From the NCBI RefSeq assembly GCF_947568905.1, contig NC_079169.1, forward strand, positions 14,198,001 to 14,262,000: a stretch of DNA of 64,000 bases, read 5' to 3'. The notes under the pieces are model-generated. The model did not search any database, had not been told where the DNA came from, and saw only the letters and a program-made list of their open reading frames with translations. The DNA is from Ostrea edulis (taxonomy: Eukaryota). The translations under genes were made by a program, and so were the position numbers. This document shows positions 38,867-53,038 of the stretch, piece by piece (position 1 is the first letter of the stretch; each line of letters starts with the position of its first letter).

Positions 38867-41800
38867 CGCCATTATATTATGTGTTTTATCGAAGTGACTG
38901 TGAACGAGTTAATTAACTGTAATCGTGAGGAGGAATGAATTGTCTATTATTGTGTGTCCACGTTGTTGTTTTGCTGTGAACTCTATAGATAAAGGTTTTG
39001 ACTGTTTATTAAGGCATCTGTGTTGTAACATTGTAACAAATAAGAAGTCCTTACAACAACACTGAAACGTGAATGCCCATTGTGCAAACAAGCAGGACGG
39101 ACCAGAATCGACCACTTCCTCAGTACTTGTAAATATCTACCTGGAGACAGACGTTTCATGACCAAGTCTAGACGACTAGTTCAAATGGAGGACTCGGAAA
39201 GTGAAGAATTCTCAGGTGACTTTTGTGATCCTTCATCAGTAGATGATGAAGACCCACCATCATTTATTCCATCAACTCGCCGCGTCAGCACTAGCAAGTC
39301 TGTTCAAATTAAAGTGTTTTATAAGCACCACTCTGTGTATTTAACTATATATTCTGGAGCTGAAATTAGCATGATTAGGACCAAATTTGCAGAGCTGATC
39401 GGAGCTCCTATCAAGAAGACATCGCAGAATGCTCTTCAAGCCGATGGCATGACACCTCTTGAGAATGTCGGGGAAGTACATTTCACTCTAAACCGAAACA
39501 ACAAAATACTTCACCTTGACGCCCTAGCCGTCAACGATTTGGATGTTGACATTTTGGCAGGAATGCCATTCATTAAGTGCAATGACATTGGCATACGTCC
39601 CTCCAAACACCAAGTGACCATTGGCGATTCTACTATTATCCAATACATACCTGATGGTCAGTCCACGATACCTCATCATGTGCGACGAGCCCAGGCCTTC
39701 ATCCTCCGAGCGGAACCAACAACAACAACAACCGTTTGGCCTGGATCATACATGTAGCTCAAAATTCCTGATGTTTTACACCCTGAATCAACTCTTTCCA
39801 TGGAACCGCGAGTGAACCGGACCACAACAGGAAACCTGATCGAAGCTATTGGTGGGAAAGTTCGACTCTTGAATGTCACTGATGAGCCATGTGTAATACA
39901 CAAAAATGATCACTTGTGTCAACTTCACCTTACATCTACAAATTACACTGATTTAGATGGGAGTACAGACTATGAAACAGATCCTATCCTCTCCACTGTC
40001 AGAATGACAGGGACATCAAGTTTCCACTCAGACACAGTTAGTATTGATCCAGAAAATATTCTGAGCGAAACCGATCGTAAGAAGTTCAACAAACTACTTG
40101 AAAGGTACAACTCAATATTTGACCCAAGTTTTGGAGGATACAATGGAACAGCTGGCAAATTCGAATGTCATATAAACATGGGACCTGTTCAACCTCCACA
40201 GCGAAAAGGAAGGCTATCACAGTATTCGAGAGACAAATTACAGGAATTACAACAAAAATGTGATGAACTTGAGAACTTAGGAGTTCTTAGAAAACTGGAA
40301 GAATTGAACATCTCTATTGAATATCTGAATCCATCCTTTCTCGTCAAAAAGCCAAACGGAGGCTACAGACTCGTCACAGCTTTTGAAGACGTGGGACGCT
40401 ACAGTAAGCCACATCCATCACTCATGCCGGATGTTGATTCAACTCTTCGAACCATCGGCAGATGGAAATACATTATTGTGTCCGACTTGACCAGAGCATT
40501 CCATCAGATTCCTCTTTCGAAACCATCCTTAAAGTACTGTGGCATTGTGACGCCTTATCGAGGAGTACGTGTGTACACTAGGTGTGCTATGGGCATGCCA
40601 GGCTCAGAAACTGCTCTTGAGGAACTTATGTGCAGATTATTCGGAGAAGGTAGTGTGGCTAAACTAGCTGATGACCTATGTTGTGGAGGGCAAACAGTGG
40701 AGGAATTACTCAACAATTGGGAAAGCGTGCTTGAGTCACTTGCACTGTGTGGACTTCATTTGTCTCCTACCAAAACCAGCATATGCCCCCGTTCCACCAC
40801 AATACTTGGATGGAATTGGACGGAAGGTAAGATTTCGGCCAGCAAACACAAGGTCTCCACATTATCACCATGCAGTGTTCCCGATACAGTGAAAGGCCTT
40901 CGATCATTTCTTGGTGCATATAAGATTCTTGGGCGGGTAATTCCAAACTGTTCTGATATACTTAACCCATTAGAAAACTCGATTGGAGGAATGCAATCCA
41001 AAGACAAAGTACAGTGGACTGATGAGCTGCGGCAACATTTCAAGAACGCTCAAGAAAAGCTGTCATTAAGCAAAGCAATTATCTTACCCATTCCGTCTGA
41101 TGAACTTTGGATTGTTACAGATGGTTCCGTCAGCAAACGAGGCCTAGGAGCTACTATGTATGCCATGCGCAATGGAAAACTAAATCTTGCTGGATTTTTT
41201 AGTGCCAAATTAAGAAAGCATCAAGTAACATGTCTGCCGTGTGAAATTGAAGCATTATGTATCGCAGCAGCAATTAAACACTTTAGTCCATTCATAATTC
41301 AATCTGTAAAACAAACTCATGTACTTACTGACAGTAAACCATGTGTGGAAGCTTTGGAAAAACCTCGTCGTGGAGAGTTCTCATCAAGTCCAAGAGTCAC
41401 ATCCTTTTTGTCCGTGGCTAGTCGGTACCGAACTTCTATACAACACCTGGCTGGCTCAGCTTATGTACCCTCTGATTTCGCAAGTCGGAATGCCCCAGAA
41501 TGTTCCGAACTGAGATGCCAGATATGCAGTTTTATTGCTCAAACAGAAGACTCTGTTGTAAGGTCAGTGTGCTTACAAGATGTGCTTCATAGTAAAGTCA
41601 ATTTACCCTTTACAACACGCTCTGCTTGGGTATCCATCCAGTCGGAGTGCCCTGACTTACGAAGAACCCATGTACATCTCAAACAAGGAACTCGTCCATC
41701 CCGGAAACTAACTAACATTAGAGATGTGAAGCGTTACCTTAGCGTTCCTAACATTGCTAGAGATTGTCTCTTAGTTGTACGTCGTTCAAATCCATTTCAA

Positions 41801-43383
41801 CCTACTACAGAAGCAATCATAGTGCCCCGACCAGTATTGGAAGGAATAATTACTGCACTGCATGTCTCACTTGACCACCCTACGTGTAACTAGATGTAGC
41901 AAGTCATGAAACGACATTTTTATGCTCTCGACCTGATGAAGGCCATCGAAAATGTGTGTGAAACGTGCCACGTATGTACTTCCTTGAAAAAATTCCCAGT
42001 CCAGTTCCTTCCTCAGTCTTCTGAAGAACGAACTGAAACATTTGGCATAATGTTTGCTTCTGACGTACTTAAGCGAAATCGCCAACTCATCCTTCTGCTC
42101 AGAGAATGTGTGACATCATTTACCGCCGCCTGTTTCATAGTTGATGAGAAACGAGATACCTTACGGGAAGCTATTCTCCGTCTGGCTCTTGAGTTACGAC
42201 CTCTGGATGGACCCCCAGCTGTAATTCGTGTGGATCCTGCTCCTGGGTTTATGGGGCTTCGTGATGATGACACCCTTATGAAGTATCGAATCACCTTAGA
42301 AATCGGTCGGGTAAAAAATAAGAACAAAAATCCAGTAGCAGAAAATGCCATAGGGGAGTTGGAAGAAGAAATACTTCGACAAGAGCCAGGTGGAGGTCCT
42401 GTGACTGATCTGAAACTGACAATAGCAGTGGCAAGACTCAATTCTCGAATCCGGTTCACTGGACTCTCAGCTCGTGAATTGTGGACTAAGCGAAGTCAGT
42501 ACACCAATGAACAAATTCCAGTGTCAGATTTCTATACGATGAATTCCAAGTAGACCCTTCGGGAAGCCAACCATTCTTCCAGTGCTTTATCTAAGTGGAA
42601 AAGCAACAAGACCCAACATCAACAGTCACTCCAAGTAGGCGACCTAGTATATTTATATTGTGATCGTGACAAATCTAAAGCAAGGAACCGCTACATCTCA
42701 CAGCAATTGATGGAGAATGGGGCTACATCAAGAAGTTCGCTGGTCGACAGATTCGCGCTAATTCTTACAATGTCAAACTAGTGGATTGCTATAGTGTTCC
42801 TTGTGAAATACCTCAGCCCAAGTTGCTACCAAAATACCCAGATAACGACACTGAGGAACATGAGGACCACCGGGACTGTATCGAAGGAAGGCATGATACC
42901 GATGGGATGGAGTCACAAGAACCAATACGAGATTACAGTACAATACCTCCACTTCTATCCGTACCACCCAGCGACGAAAATGAACCAACCGAATGCACCG
43001 TGGTAACCCCCGTTCCTGAGGACCAGATTGAGGGAGTCGCACCACAACATTCTGAATTCCAATCGCAGCGACCAATTCGTGACCGCCGTCCGCCTAAATA
43101 TCTAAAAGATTTTGTACTTTTATGACTGAATACGTTTGTAGTGCCTATCGTATGTTTCTTATATTACCATTATGAACATTTATTATTTCAAAGAAGCAAA
43201 AGGAAGCTACGCCATTATATCATGTGTGTTTTATCGAAGTGACCGTGAACGAGTTAATTAACTGTAATGGTGAGGAGGAATGAATTGTCTATTATTGTGT
43301 GTGCACGTTGTTGTTTTGCTGTGAACTCTATAGATAAAGGTTTTGACTGTTTATTATGGCATCTGTGTTGTAACATATTGGCG
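38867..43383 (+). mobile_element. Gypsy LTR retrotransposon, copy 2 (defective)
   Basis: LTRs 38867-39030 and 43210-43375; same internal deletion and insertion site as copy 1. Confidence 0.92.
39080..43125 (+). pseudogene. Gypsy gag-tail/pol pseudogene, copy 2
   Basis: 697-aa RT/RNase H ORF 39800-41893 and integrase ORF 41906-42553. Shares the YSG protease lesion and the TAG before the integrase C-x2-C with copy 1. Confidence 0.92.
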
Positions 43384-46300
43384 CCGGAATTCGAACCCTG
43401 ACCTTGCACAGGAAGGGCGAACGCTCTAACTCTAGACCACCGTGGCGGTTTTGTTGCCCAAAGGGCTTTATGGAAATTGATCAGGTGACCACCCCGTATT
43501 TATATCCCGATAAATATTTTAAAATGATACCTTAATCATTTAATAACTTTTAAAGTGATGACTTAACAACGATACTGATTGGATGAAAAATTTGTTTGAT
43601 TTCTTAGTTACTCTCGTCCGGAGTTCATCTGCACTAATCACGCAAGACTGCTTTTCTCTGGAATGCGTCTTCCCCGTTCTAATTTTTGCGCTATTTGTAG
43701 AACGGGAATCTCCACACAAGCATTGGAAATGAAATGTATTCGTTTGATGCTACCAAAACTAAACACAGCCAAAGATAGAATAAAATACAAATTAATTTAA
43801 AGACACAACACACTTAGGCCTAACGATGACGTGGCATAATATAGTCAACTTGATGACGTACGGCACTGATTGGTAGAAGTAGGGCCTAGAGAGATTATAC
43901 AAGTTTCCGTATGTATCGTCTGCTTTACAAGTTCGATAACATGATGGAACAAGCAGCGATGTTTGACCTGGGAGATGTTAATAAAATTGAACTGCGTTAT
44001 ATGGGGCTCAGTCAACGAGCACAATTTAGATAAAGAGGTGTTGAGCTTTTTACTGGATATTTCATCGTTCCTACGACTCAACCAGTCTCCTCGAATGCAC
44101 CACTTGTTCTCTTTCTTTACATATAATTCAGCTTTTAACGAATGTACCTTTAATCTGGCGTATACTCCATTACAATCTGCACAATTACTCCACCTGCCCT
44201 AAACGCACAGCCTGTTTTGTTGAGTTTTCATTGAACATTACGGATAGGTATTTCTATACGCCATTTTAAAAAAAGTTAATTCAACCTTTTTGATGACAGA
44301 AACTATATGTTTTTCTATTTTAAAAAAATAATTAAATGATAAGAAATAAAACTTACAAAATTCTTTATTTGATGCATGTATCAAAGAAAAAATTGGACGG
44401 AAAACTTTTTCATCAATGCGGTACGCAAGTACAGACAAAATCGTAAAATTGGAGTCAGTGCAAGGTGAGTTATTCATAAATACACTGTTATAAAAATTAT
44501 GACATAGTTCAAGATTAGCGTCAACGAATGGTGATGACATGCAATGCGCTAAAATAGATACATTTACTGTCATGATACTCCTCCAAAATCTATATATTTT
44601 TCGAATGATGTTAACAATTTTGATATAAGCATTTTTATTGAATAGTTTGATTACTTATCAATTTTATAAAATAAATTTCACAGTGAACAAAACACATTTT
44701 AATACATCATGTAGAAAAATGAAATGAAATTCTAATGCATTTATCAACGACACCTAAATAGATACAGTAGTTGAACAGATCAACACTTATTACACATTGT
44801 AACATAATATCTCTATTCATATATTGAAAGTCATCATTTGATATACCATAAATTCTGGTAATCGATGCAGAAAAGAGAGTATTCATCATCAATATTGCAC
44901 TGAAATTGAATCGGAAATTAAATATTTATCATTTGACTCATTCATAATATAACAGGTTAACCTAATCTTTGTATCAATGTTTTGTCAGCAAAGCATTCAG
45001 CCTTTTGAAGACATTGAAAAATAAATGTGTATAATTCGTCTACCCATTACAAAAGAAACACACAGCACTATGCGCAACATACACAACGAGTAATAAAATG
45101 GAACGAAGAATAAAATATCTATTAATGGAAGTTTTTTTTTTTATTCATCCGATTACTAGTTTATTGCTGATATATAAAGTAAGGAAAGCGTATAACAAAA
45201 GATTCCGATCGATGAAATCCGGAATTAGGAGGGGGAAATTCTATACCAGGGCGGTTGTTCCGCCATGAAGAAAACTCTATACTGACTTTGTACATAGGGG
45301 GAAATTATACGCTCGGGTGCTTTTTCCCCGGGGAAATCTTATCCTGGGCTCGCTTTTTCGGGGCGGGGGTCTATGCGAGGAAAGTATATGCTACAACACC
45401 GGGACTCCTGTATTTCTAGTTAGGCTATCTAACTGCTAAGCTACACAGGCGGACATATAAAGTATAGTAATATTCTACTGTAATGTTTTTGTTCAATTCA
45501 ATCAAACGTTTTAATGACTATATTTATCATGTTAACATGGAATGACAAGACATCCCTTATAATTATAACAGACTGTGTGTATATATACCCGGGGTGCTAT
45601 GATTCTGTGTCTTTCTTCCAAGCTGATCGAACAGAGAAGGAGCTTAATAAGAAGTAAGGATAAATAAAGGTTTTAGCATTAGGAAAGGTAAAGAGACAAT
45701 CAATTCAGTGGCCACAATAGAGCTGAAGCTGTTTTGGTTGTTTTCTCGCCTTCTTGTTTTCCGGAGTGGTTGTCCATTGTGACCGACCATAGCACTAACA
45801 GTAAGTCAGGGAAAATAACTAGTGCTGGGGATAGTGGCCCGAATAGAGCCGACCTGTTCCTGGTACTAGTCTATTTAGTTAAGGAAACATACTATTTACT
45901 TTCTTCAAGTCTTTCATTTATTATTAATTTACTTCTTGATTTCTACCCAAGGTAAGGACATTCAAATAAATAGATATATATCCAATCAGTGATTGAGGAA
46001 AATTATACTTTAGTTAAGCAAGAAGGCTCCTTTTGAAATCATAGAGTGCCGTTACACTGCAAAACAAAATTTGAATTTTTTTCCATAATCTTAAAATAAC
46101 TCTTCATATCGAGACCTCTTTTCTATTATGTGATTAGGTAATGGCTTAATCACAACAGGGTGCCTCTTTTCTTTTATGTGAATAGGTATGATAACAAAAG
46201 GTCATGTATTTTACAAAGTAATAAATATCTATCAAGTTGTATGACTTATTACTTCATTTTATCATAAAACAAATAATGATAATGAACATGAATAGAATAT

Positions 46301-47586
46301 CTGAATTTTATCCTAGTCATTTGATCCCCTACAGCACGAAGTGCATTGTATTAATTACGGTAAACCTTCAATAGAATAACAAATGTTGTAATTACCGAGC
46401 AGGGCAGATGTGTGACGCCATGGTCTACATTTTGACGTCTTAATTCAACTGAAGCAGTGGCGAGTTAAAGGGTGATTTTAGCATGCACACACACCATATG
46501 AGAATATCTTCGTGGTCTTTGGTTATCAGGTCTTCCAACAGTCTGTTGGGGAGTTCCCATGGGGTTGAATTTTGCTCCTTTCTTAGGTGATCTGTTTTTA
46601 TATTCCTATGAAGCAGAATTTATTCAAAACTTCTACGCGAGAAGAGAAAATCTCTTGCTGTGGCCTTCAGTTCGATATTTTGTTATCTCGACGACGTATT
46701 AAATTTGGACAATAATAATTTTCATTCATATGTCGATTCGATATATTCCAGTTAACTCGAAATAAAACACATCACATGGCTGTAGGAACCATGGGACGGG
46801 GGGCCAATACTCACCCCCCCCCCCCCAAAAAAAAAATTCATATAGTAAAATTCACATATAGTGTAATGTATAATTATTTTTAAGCAGAAAGTTCATTTAA
46901 TTCAATGAGACTCGGAGTCAGTCAGTGTGACTGTCCTTTAGCTTAAATAAATGAAAAGCACTTAATGCCTTAACATTTCTGAGGGCATCATCCAAAAGGT
47001 CGTAATCATGAGGTAATGGTTCGGTTCTCGTTCCCAGCTCCGCATCTGGCGTCAAACCTATGATATGTAGTGATTGTTCCTTTGCCAAGTGCCCGGCACT
47101 AGTGTCGTTTAAAGTCCTTTGCCGGTATTTGTTGACGACTCATACAAGTGAAAAAATCTCGCAAGGGACGACTAATCCAAAGGTATCTAATGTGTGTGAC
47201 CTTGACTAACTTTCAAGGTCTGATAATTCATTAGATAGCTTGTACATAGAAACTTCGTCTTGATGCAAAAATGTCTATGCCCAACTGCCCTAATACCAGT
47301 TCAACGTTTGTATATATTTAAAATCTTTTTGTAAAGCTAATATGATGAATTGTTGACTTTTTTATCATCACAGTTTTTATGGTAAAGGTAAACCCGACGA
47401 TGTGTGAAGTACTATTTATCAGTGACGTAACACCCCCAATGTGACGTAGGTCATGTAACAACTTTTTCAAAGCTTGTAAAGTCTCAGGCTGTCAATACCT
47501 GTTTCATTCTTGGTCCAAGAGTATACACTATCGTATCAGTGTAAGATCAACCTTCCGCACAGTTTTAACTTTGATTATATTTCACA

Positions 47587-49272
47587 ATGTATGCCCAGAC
47601 GGACGAAAGAAAGGCATTTTTCGAAAAAGTGCACGTAGAAGCAAGGAATGCAGGGGAAAAGGGATGGGGAGTAATAAGTTTTCTTGTTAGACTCAAAGGG
47701 CAAATTTTTAAGAAATATCCTCTTCCAACAAGCATACCTAATATCCCAACTTCGAATATTCCAAAAGATGCTGTTTCCTCAGAGCTTTATCCAAATGATG
47801 CTCCTTCTGAGCTTATCCTGATTCAGATGTATGGTGATGGGAATTGTTTATTCAGAACTCTCTCTTTTTTGTGTTTGGATATGAAGACAATTTTAAGGAA
47901 ATGAGGGTACGAATTGTGTTTGAACTTGTTTCAAACCTGAAGCGCTCCACGAATGAAAACACCTTTGTGACCATGTCCACAGGCAATTGCATTGTTTGGG
48001 GTTGAATTTACCATATAAAGAGTAAAGGTATAGAACTCTAAATATTACGGATTAAAACATTTCAGTCACCTGAAGCTATTACGGACTTCATTTTATGAAT
48101 TGGGGTAAGGAATTCATTTTAGAAATGATATTTTATGTTGCACATTCTATTTGATAGCTTGTTGCAATGCTCAAACACTCTGTGTAGTCGTATAGTGTCA
48201 GGGCCCAGCTAAATGTCAACCAAAAAATAATAGGCATTTTTCGGAGTTCATTTCTGCATATCTTGGGAAGCATACGGAATTTCGGGATGAACTTTGGTAG
48301 TAATGTAGACTGATTATGTATGAATAAATTAATATACAAAGTAGAATTTTATATCAATTAATTTATTGTTTTTACATCGGCTGACTTGGGTACCCTATAT
48401 TTAGAGTTCTATACCTTTACTCTTTATATACACCTGTAGTAAATTCGACCCCAAGCGATGCAATTGCCTGTGACCATGCCTGTGACCATGTCCACAAACA
48501 AAAGTTCACTTCAATATGACTTTGAAAGTTCCCTGTCAGAAGAGTGTTTAATTACTGGTGATTTGATTGCTTCGTTATAAAAGGAAACAATAAAAACAAC
48601 CCAGAACGGTTACTATTCAAGCCTTTTACATATGTTCGAAGCTTCTAACGTTTTGCAGAAACCAATCATGTCGATTTTCCCCGAGGTGCAAAACCCTGGT
48701 GTAAACAGACAAGATCATAATCAGCTTATTGTTCCTCTTGACTGTCCTGATGCTAACGAATATCAGGATGCTATCCACATCATGTGGACTCAAACAATTG
48801 CTACAAAAATAGATGGTTGGACACCTAATAATTTTGTTGCCTGTATTCACAAGCATGAGGAACCTCTTTCAAAGCGTTCGAGATTATCCTTTGAGGATTC
48901 TGAACCTCATCGCTCATTTGAACCAAAACAATCACAAGATAGTCCTTCCCCACTCTTGGAGTCTAACACAAATGAGGAGTCTATTGAAACAGGTAAATTT
49001 GGGGAAACTACAAACAAAGAAAAAGACAAACATGTTAAGGTTGCTTCCTTTATTGATTCTTCTTCTTCAGAAGATGATATCTCAGAAATACCAGTTCAAA
49101 AGGCCCAGGTTGTACATGAAAAATGACATACACCAGAGATTGGTAGTACTCCAAATCAGCCACGGAATATTTTCTTTCCAGCAAATAAGTTTGGTAAAAA
49201 GATGAGATATTTCAATGCCTCCTGGTTTGATCGGTGGTCTTGGTTACATTATGTTAAAATCAGGGTTTAGGG

Positions 49273-49313
<41 letters not shown>

Positions 49314-51085
49314 GGTTAGATGTTGTATTCTGTTTTCCTTGCATAAAATCATTTCAGAAGAAGGCTCTCAGTTATCACAAGAAAGAAAAAGCTTTCATAT
49401 CAAGTGGTTTTAAAAACTGGAAAAAAGCAACCACAAAATTCGCCGCACAACGAGAAAAGTGATTGCCATAAAAAGGCAATGGAAAGGGAGTTTACGATAA
49501 AGGAGGAGGTTAAAGATGTTGGAGAATGTCTTTCAAAGAATGGCTACAACGCAAGACAAATAAGTATGTTGCTCCAGATATACAAAATGAAATTTTGCAG
49601 GTGATGGGGTTGCAGGTTTTGCGACAAATTGTTGCTTTCATCAAAATCTAGCAATTAAAGATGCCCTTTTGAGGTTCGATCTGCCTATCAACAAAGAACG
49701 AGGCCAGTGTTATGACATGGCTGTTTATATCGCTGGTTCAAAGACAAGTTTTGCAACACAAATTCATGCACTTGAACCCAGAGCCCTTTACATACACTGT
49801 TATGGTCATGCTCTTAACCTAGCTTGCAGTGATTCTATTAAGGGATGTAAATTGCTTAGAGACACCCTGTATATTGCAAAGGATATAACAAAGTTGATTA
49901 AAGAATTTCCAAGAAGGGAGATGATTTTCAATACATTAAAAAATGCCCATAATCTAGAGAAAACGTCAGCGGGAATAAGGGTTTTTGTCCCACAAGATGG
50001 ACAATAAAACCGACATATTTTTGAGGATATTGTCAAACTATGAAATTCTAAGAAATGTTTGGGATGAAAGCCTCCAATACGTGCTTGAGGTAGAAATAAG
50101 AAACAGAATCAGGGGAGTGGCTGCTTATATGTGCATGTTTGATTTTTTCTTTGGGTGTTTACTGAGTGAAAAACTTTTACGTTATAGTGATAATTTGGCA
50201 AGGGCTCTCAGGCTCCAAATCTCTTGGCGAGTGATGGTCAAAAAATGGCATCAACGACAATAAGTGCTTTGCAAAGTCTCCGAGATGAGACAGTCTTCAC
50301 TCAGTTTTACGAGGGAGTGTACAGATATGTATAGGAAAGATTTCTACGAGGCATTAGATCTGCTTTTTGCTGGCATAAAATCTAGATTTGACAAACCACG
50401 TTACAAAGCTTATGTTAATCTTGAAAATCTCGTAATTAAGGCTTGCACAGGTCAAACGTTTGAAGAAGAATTCAATTTTGTCACGACCCTATATGATACA
50501 GATTTGAAGCCAAAGGATCTTCACTGCCAGCTTATAATGTTAAAGACTGTTTTGCCAAAGGACTTTACGCCAGATATACCAAGTGTGGTTGAATTTTTGA
50601 GACATTCAAATGAAAAAAGTCTGTTTGCCGAGATCCTCAAAATTCTCAAACTAATTTTGGTACTTCCTGTAACTAACGCTAACATTGAGCGCTCATTCAG
50701 CGCCTTGAAAAGATTGAAAACATCACTGAGATCAACAATGAGCCAAATACGAACAAACAATTTGCTTTTATTGCATGTTGATTTTGACTGCGAATAACTC
50801 CGTTTACCTGATCAGTATATGGGGCTCACGGCGGGTGGGACCGGTCAACAGGGGATACTTACTCCTCCTAGGCACCTGTTCCCACCTCTGGTGTTTCCAG
50901 GGGTCCGTGTTTGCCCAAATATCTATTTTGTATTGCTTGTAGGAGTTATGAGATTGATCACTGTTCGTTATCTTCCACTTGCATGTTCATAAAAATGAGA
51001 CTGATGAACTAAATCCAGAAAAAATAGTTGAGGAGTTCGTAAGTGAAAGTGAACACAGACTGGCGATTTTTGGAAAGTTTACCGA
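47587..51085 (+). pseudogene. OTU/vertnin-like plus hAT transposase pseudogene, copy 2
   Basis: Same motifs as 23529-27175 with additional lesions. Confidence 0.85.
49263..49317 (+). repeat. Interstitial telomeric repeat insertion (55 bp of TTAGGG/TTTAGGG)
   Basis: ggg[tttaggg(ttaggg)3]2 tt; absent from the paralogous site at about 25230. Confidence 0.95.
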
Positions 51086-51426
51086 ATACTAAATACCTTA
51101 TGACTCAGAAATGATTGATAACAAATTGATAAAAATATAAACAAAAAAAAAAGATTCAAAAATATCCTTAACACCCCCTCCAAAAAAAACCCCAAACAAA
51201 CAAAGCTTAAAATTAAAGTTGAGGGTTTTCTGGGAAAGTAATTAGATTCTATGTACATAATCAGATTGATGTTCATGACGTACACCTCAATGCTTGCACA
51301 TATTTATGCAGTTATCTTTTTACTAATGGTTTTGTCGATATCACTTTTTTGTCGTAAATTACTTTGGTGTGTTGCCTCCCCCCTCCCCCCCCCCCCCCCC
51401 CAGTGAAATTGCTTCCTACGGGCAGC

Positions 51427-52025
51427 ATCAGACAGTCGGTCACTTCTGCTTCATACTTGGATATTTTATTGAAAGTAGATATTAACGGCAAACTAACAGC
51501 TCAGTTTTCTGACAAACGGGATGATTTCATCATCTTCATCGTCAACTTCCCTTATTTATGTAGCAATATTCCATTATCACCTTCACATGGTGTTTATATA
51601 TCTCAACTGATTCGATACGCAAGAGCTTGTTCTGCGTATGGTCAATTCTCAAATCGAAGCAGGCTAATGACAAACAAGTTGATGGTTCAGGGGTTCCAAA
51701 GGTCTCGATTAAAGTCAGTATTTCGCAAATTCTATGGTCGTTATAACGATCTAGTTTGTCAATACAACCTATCATTGGGTACATTGCTTGACGTGTTTCA
51801 TACCGATTGTTAGGCCGTTCTTGGGACACTGATTTTGACTACGGATAACTCTATTTACCTGATCAGGATATAGGGCTCACGACGGATGTGACCGGTCGAC
51901 AGGGGATGCTTACTCCTCCTAGGCACTTGATCCCACCTCTAGTGTGTCCAGTGGTCCGTGTTTACCCAACTATCTACGTATTGGTTGTAGGAGTTATGAT
52001 ATTTATCACTGTTCGTTATCTTCAT
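51427..52025 (+). mobile_element. PLE RT-thumb/3' fragment (distal half, split by hAT copy 2)
   Basis: SASYLDILLKVDING..DKRDD..GVYISQLIRYARACS..DVFHTDC* plus the 3' end. Confidence 0.8.
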
Positions 52026-53038
52026 TTTTATTAAATGGATTATAAGTCATTGTAAAGTTGTATTATGAATATAAATTATATAATTATCCTTTAAGGTATA
52101 TTCTGTATGCTTCTCAATAGTGCATATAATATTCTTGTGATAGCCTAAGCCAGTCTCTCATTTAATTTTGATTTTAGAATATCTTCACTTATATTTGCCA
52201 TACTACATTGTACTTCTTCAAGTCTTTCCGATTTGTCTGGAAATTGATGTCTTACTTAAAAGTACGGGTCATTGTGTATCATTTAACTGTACAAAGACAG
52301 AAAAATTATGATGATGAAGTCGTAGACATTGCGTGTATTTGAAAGCATCGATATAAATGATCTTCATAATTTTAATGCTTTCAAATAAACAATATGGAAA
52401 TTGAACATAAGGCATGCGTTGATGAAAATAACAATGATACTCCCCTAAAGTAGAAAACCCATTGGGGCCAGAAAATCAAAAGAACATGCAAGTAAATATT
52501 CATTCATTTCAAAATAAGAAAAGGGGATTTTGTATGCTAAGCATATAATAAGATTTTTAAAAAGTTTCTCATAGCAGGGAAGTTGCCATAAAAACAAATT
52601 AGAATTATCAAACATCAACAGCTTTCTGTGAATTAAAAGCTATATGTGAAAATGGACTCTGTTTTTGTTTAAAATAGCTTTTATCTACAATTACTAGAGG
52701 GGAATGCCTCTTTAACAACATTCATTATTAAATTTAAAACATACCAATGTTAAATATCAACTTGTTTTAATGGAGAGAGATGAAGGTCACGGGACAAGCT
52801 CCAAGGTAGACGTACTTTAGAGAAGTTTGAGATTTTGACCAAAATTAATGCATAAGACTTTCAGTGCATTCGTGTATATAGTGTATATTGTGTATATATG
52901 TGTTGGATATGTTTCCCAAACTTTTTCGGTGAGTTTTGTGCCATTTTGTGTGCTTTAATTCACTTCTGGGAGTGTATTTATCAATCGCTATTGTTACGGG
53001 TGAACGTTTACTCACTCCCGTGTACAAGTACAAGGCCA

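Larger units (their letters stand above)
38585..43447 (-). mobile_element. tRNA-derived SINE split by Gypsy copy 2 (body 38585-38866, head 43384-43447)
   Basis: Same arrangement as 14530-19403. Confidence 0.75.
46775..51426 (+). mobile_element. hAT DNA transposon, copy 2 (defective), inside a PLE fragment
   Basis: Ends catggctgtaggaa / ttcctacgggcagc. Same site, MITE (47978-48472) and PLE insert (50780-50978, TSD TTGCATGTT) as copy 1, plus an extra deletion near 49535. Confidence 0.85.
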
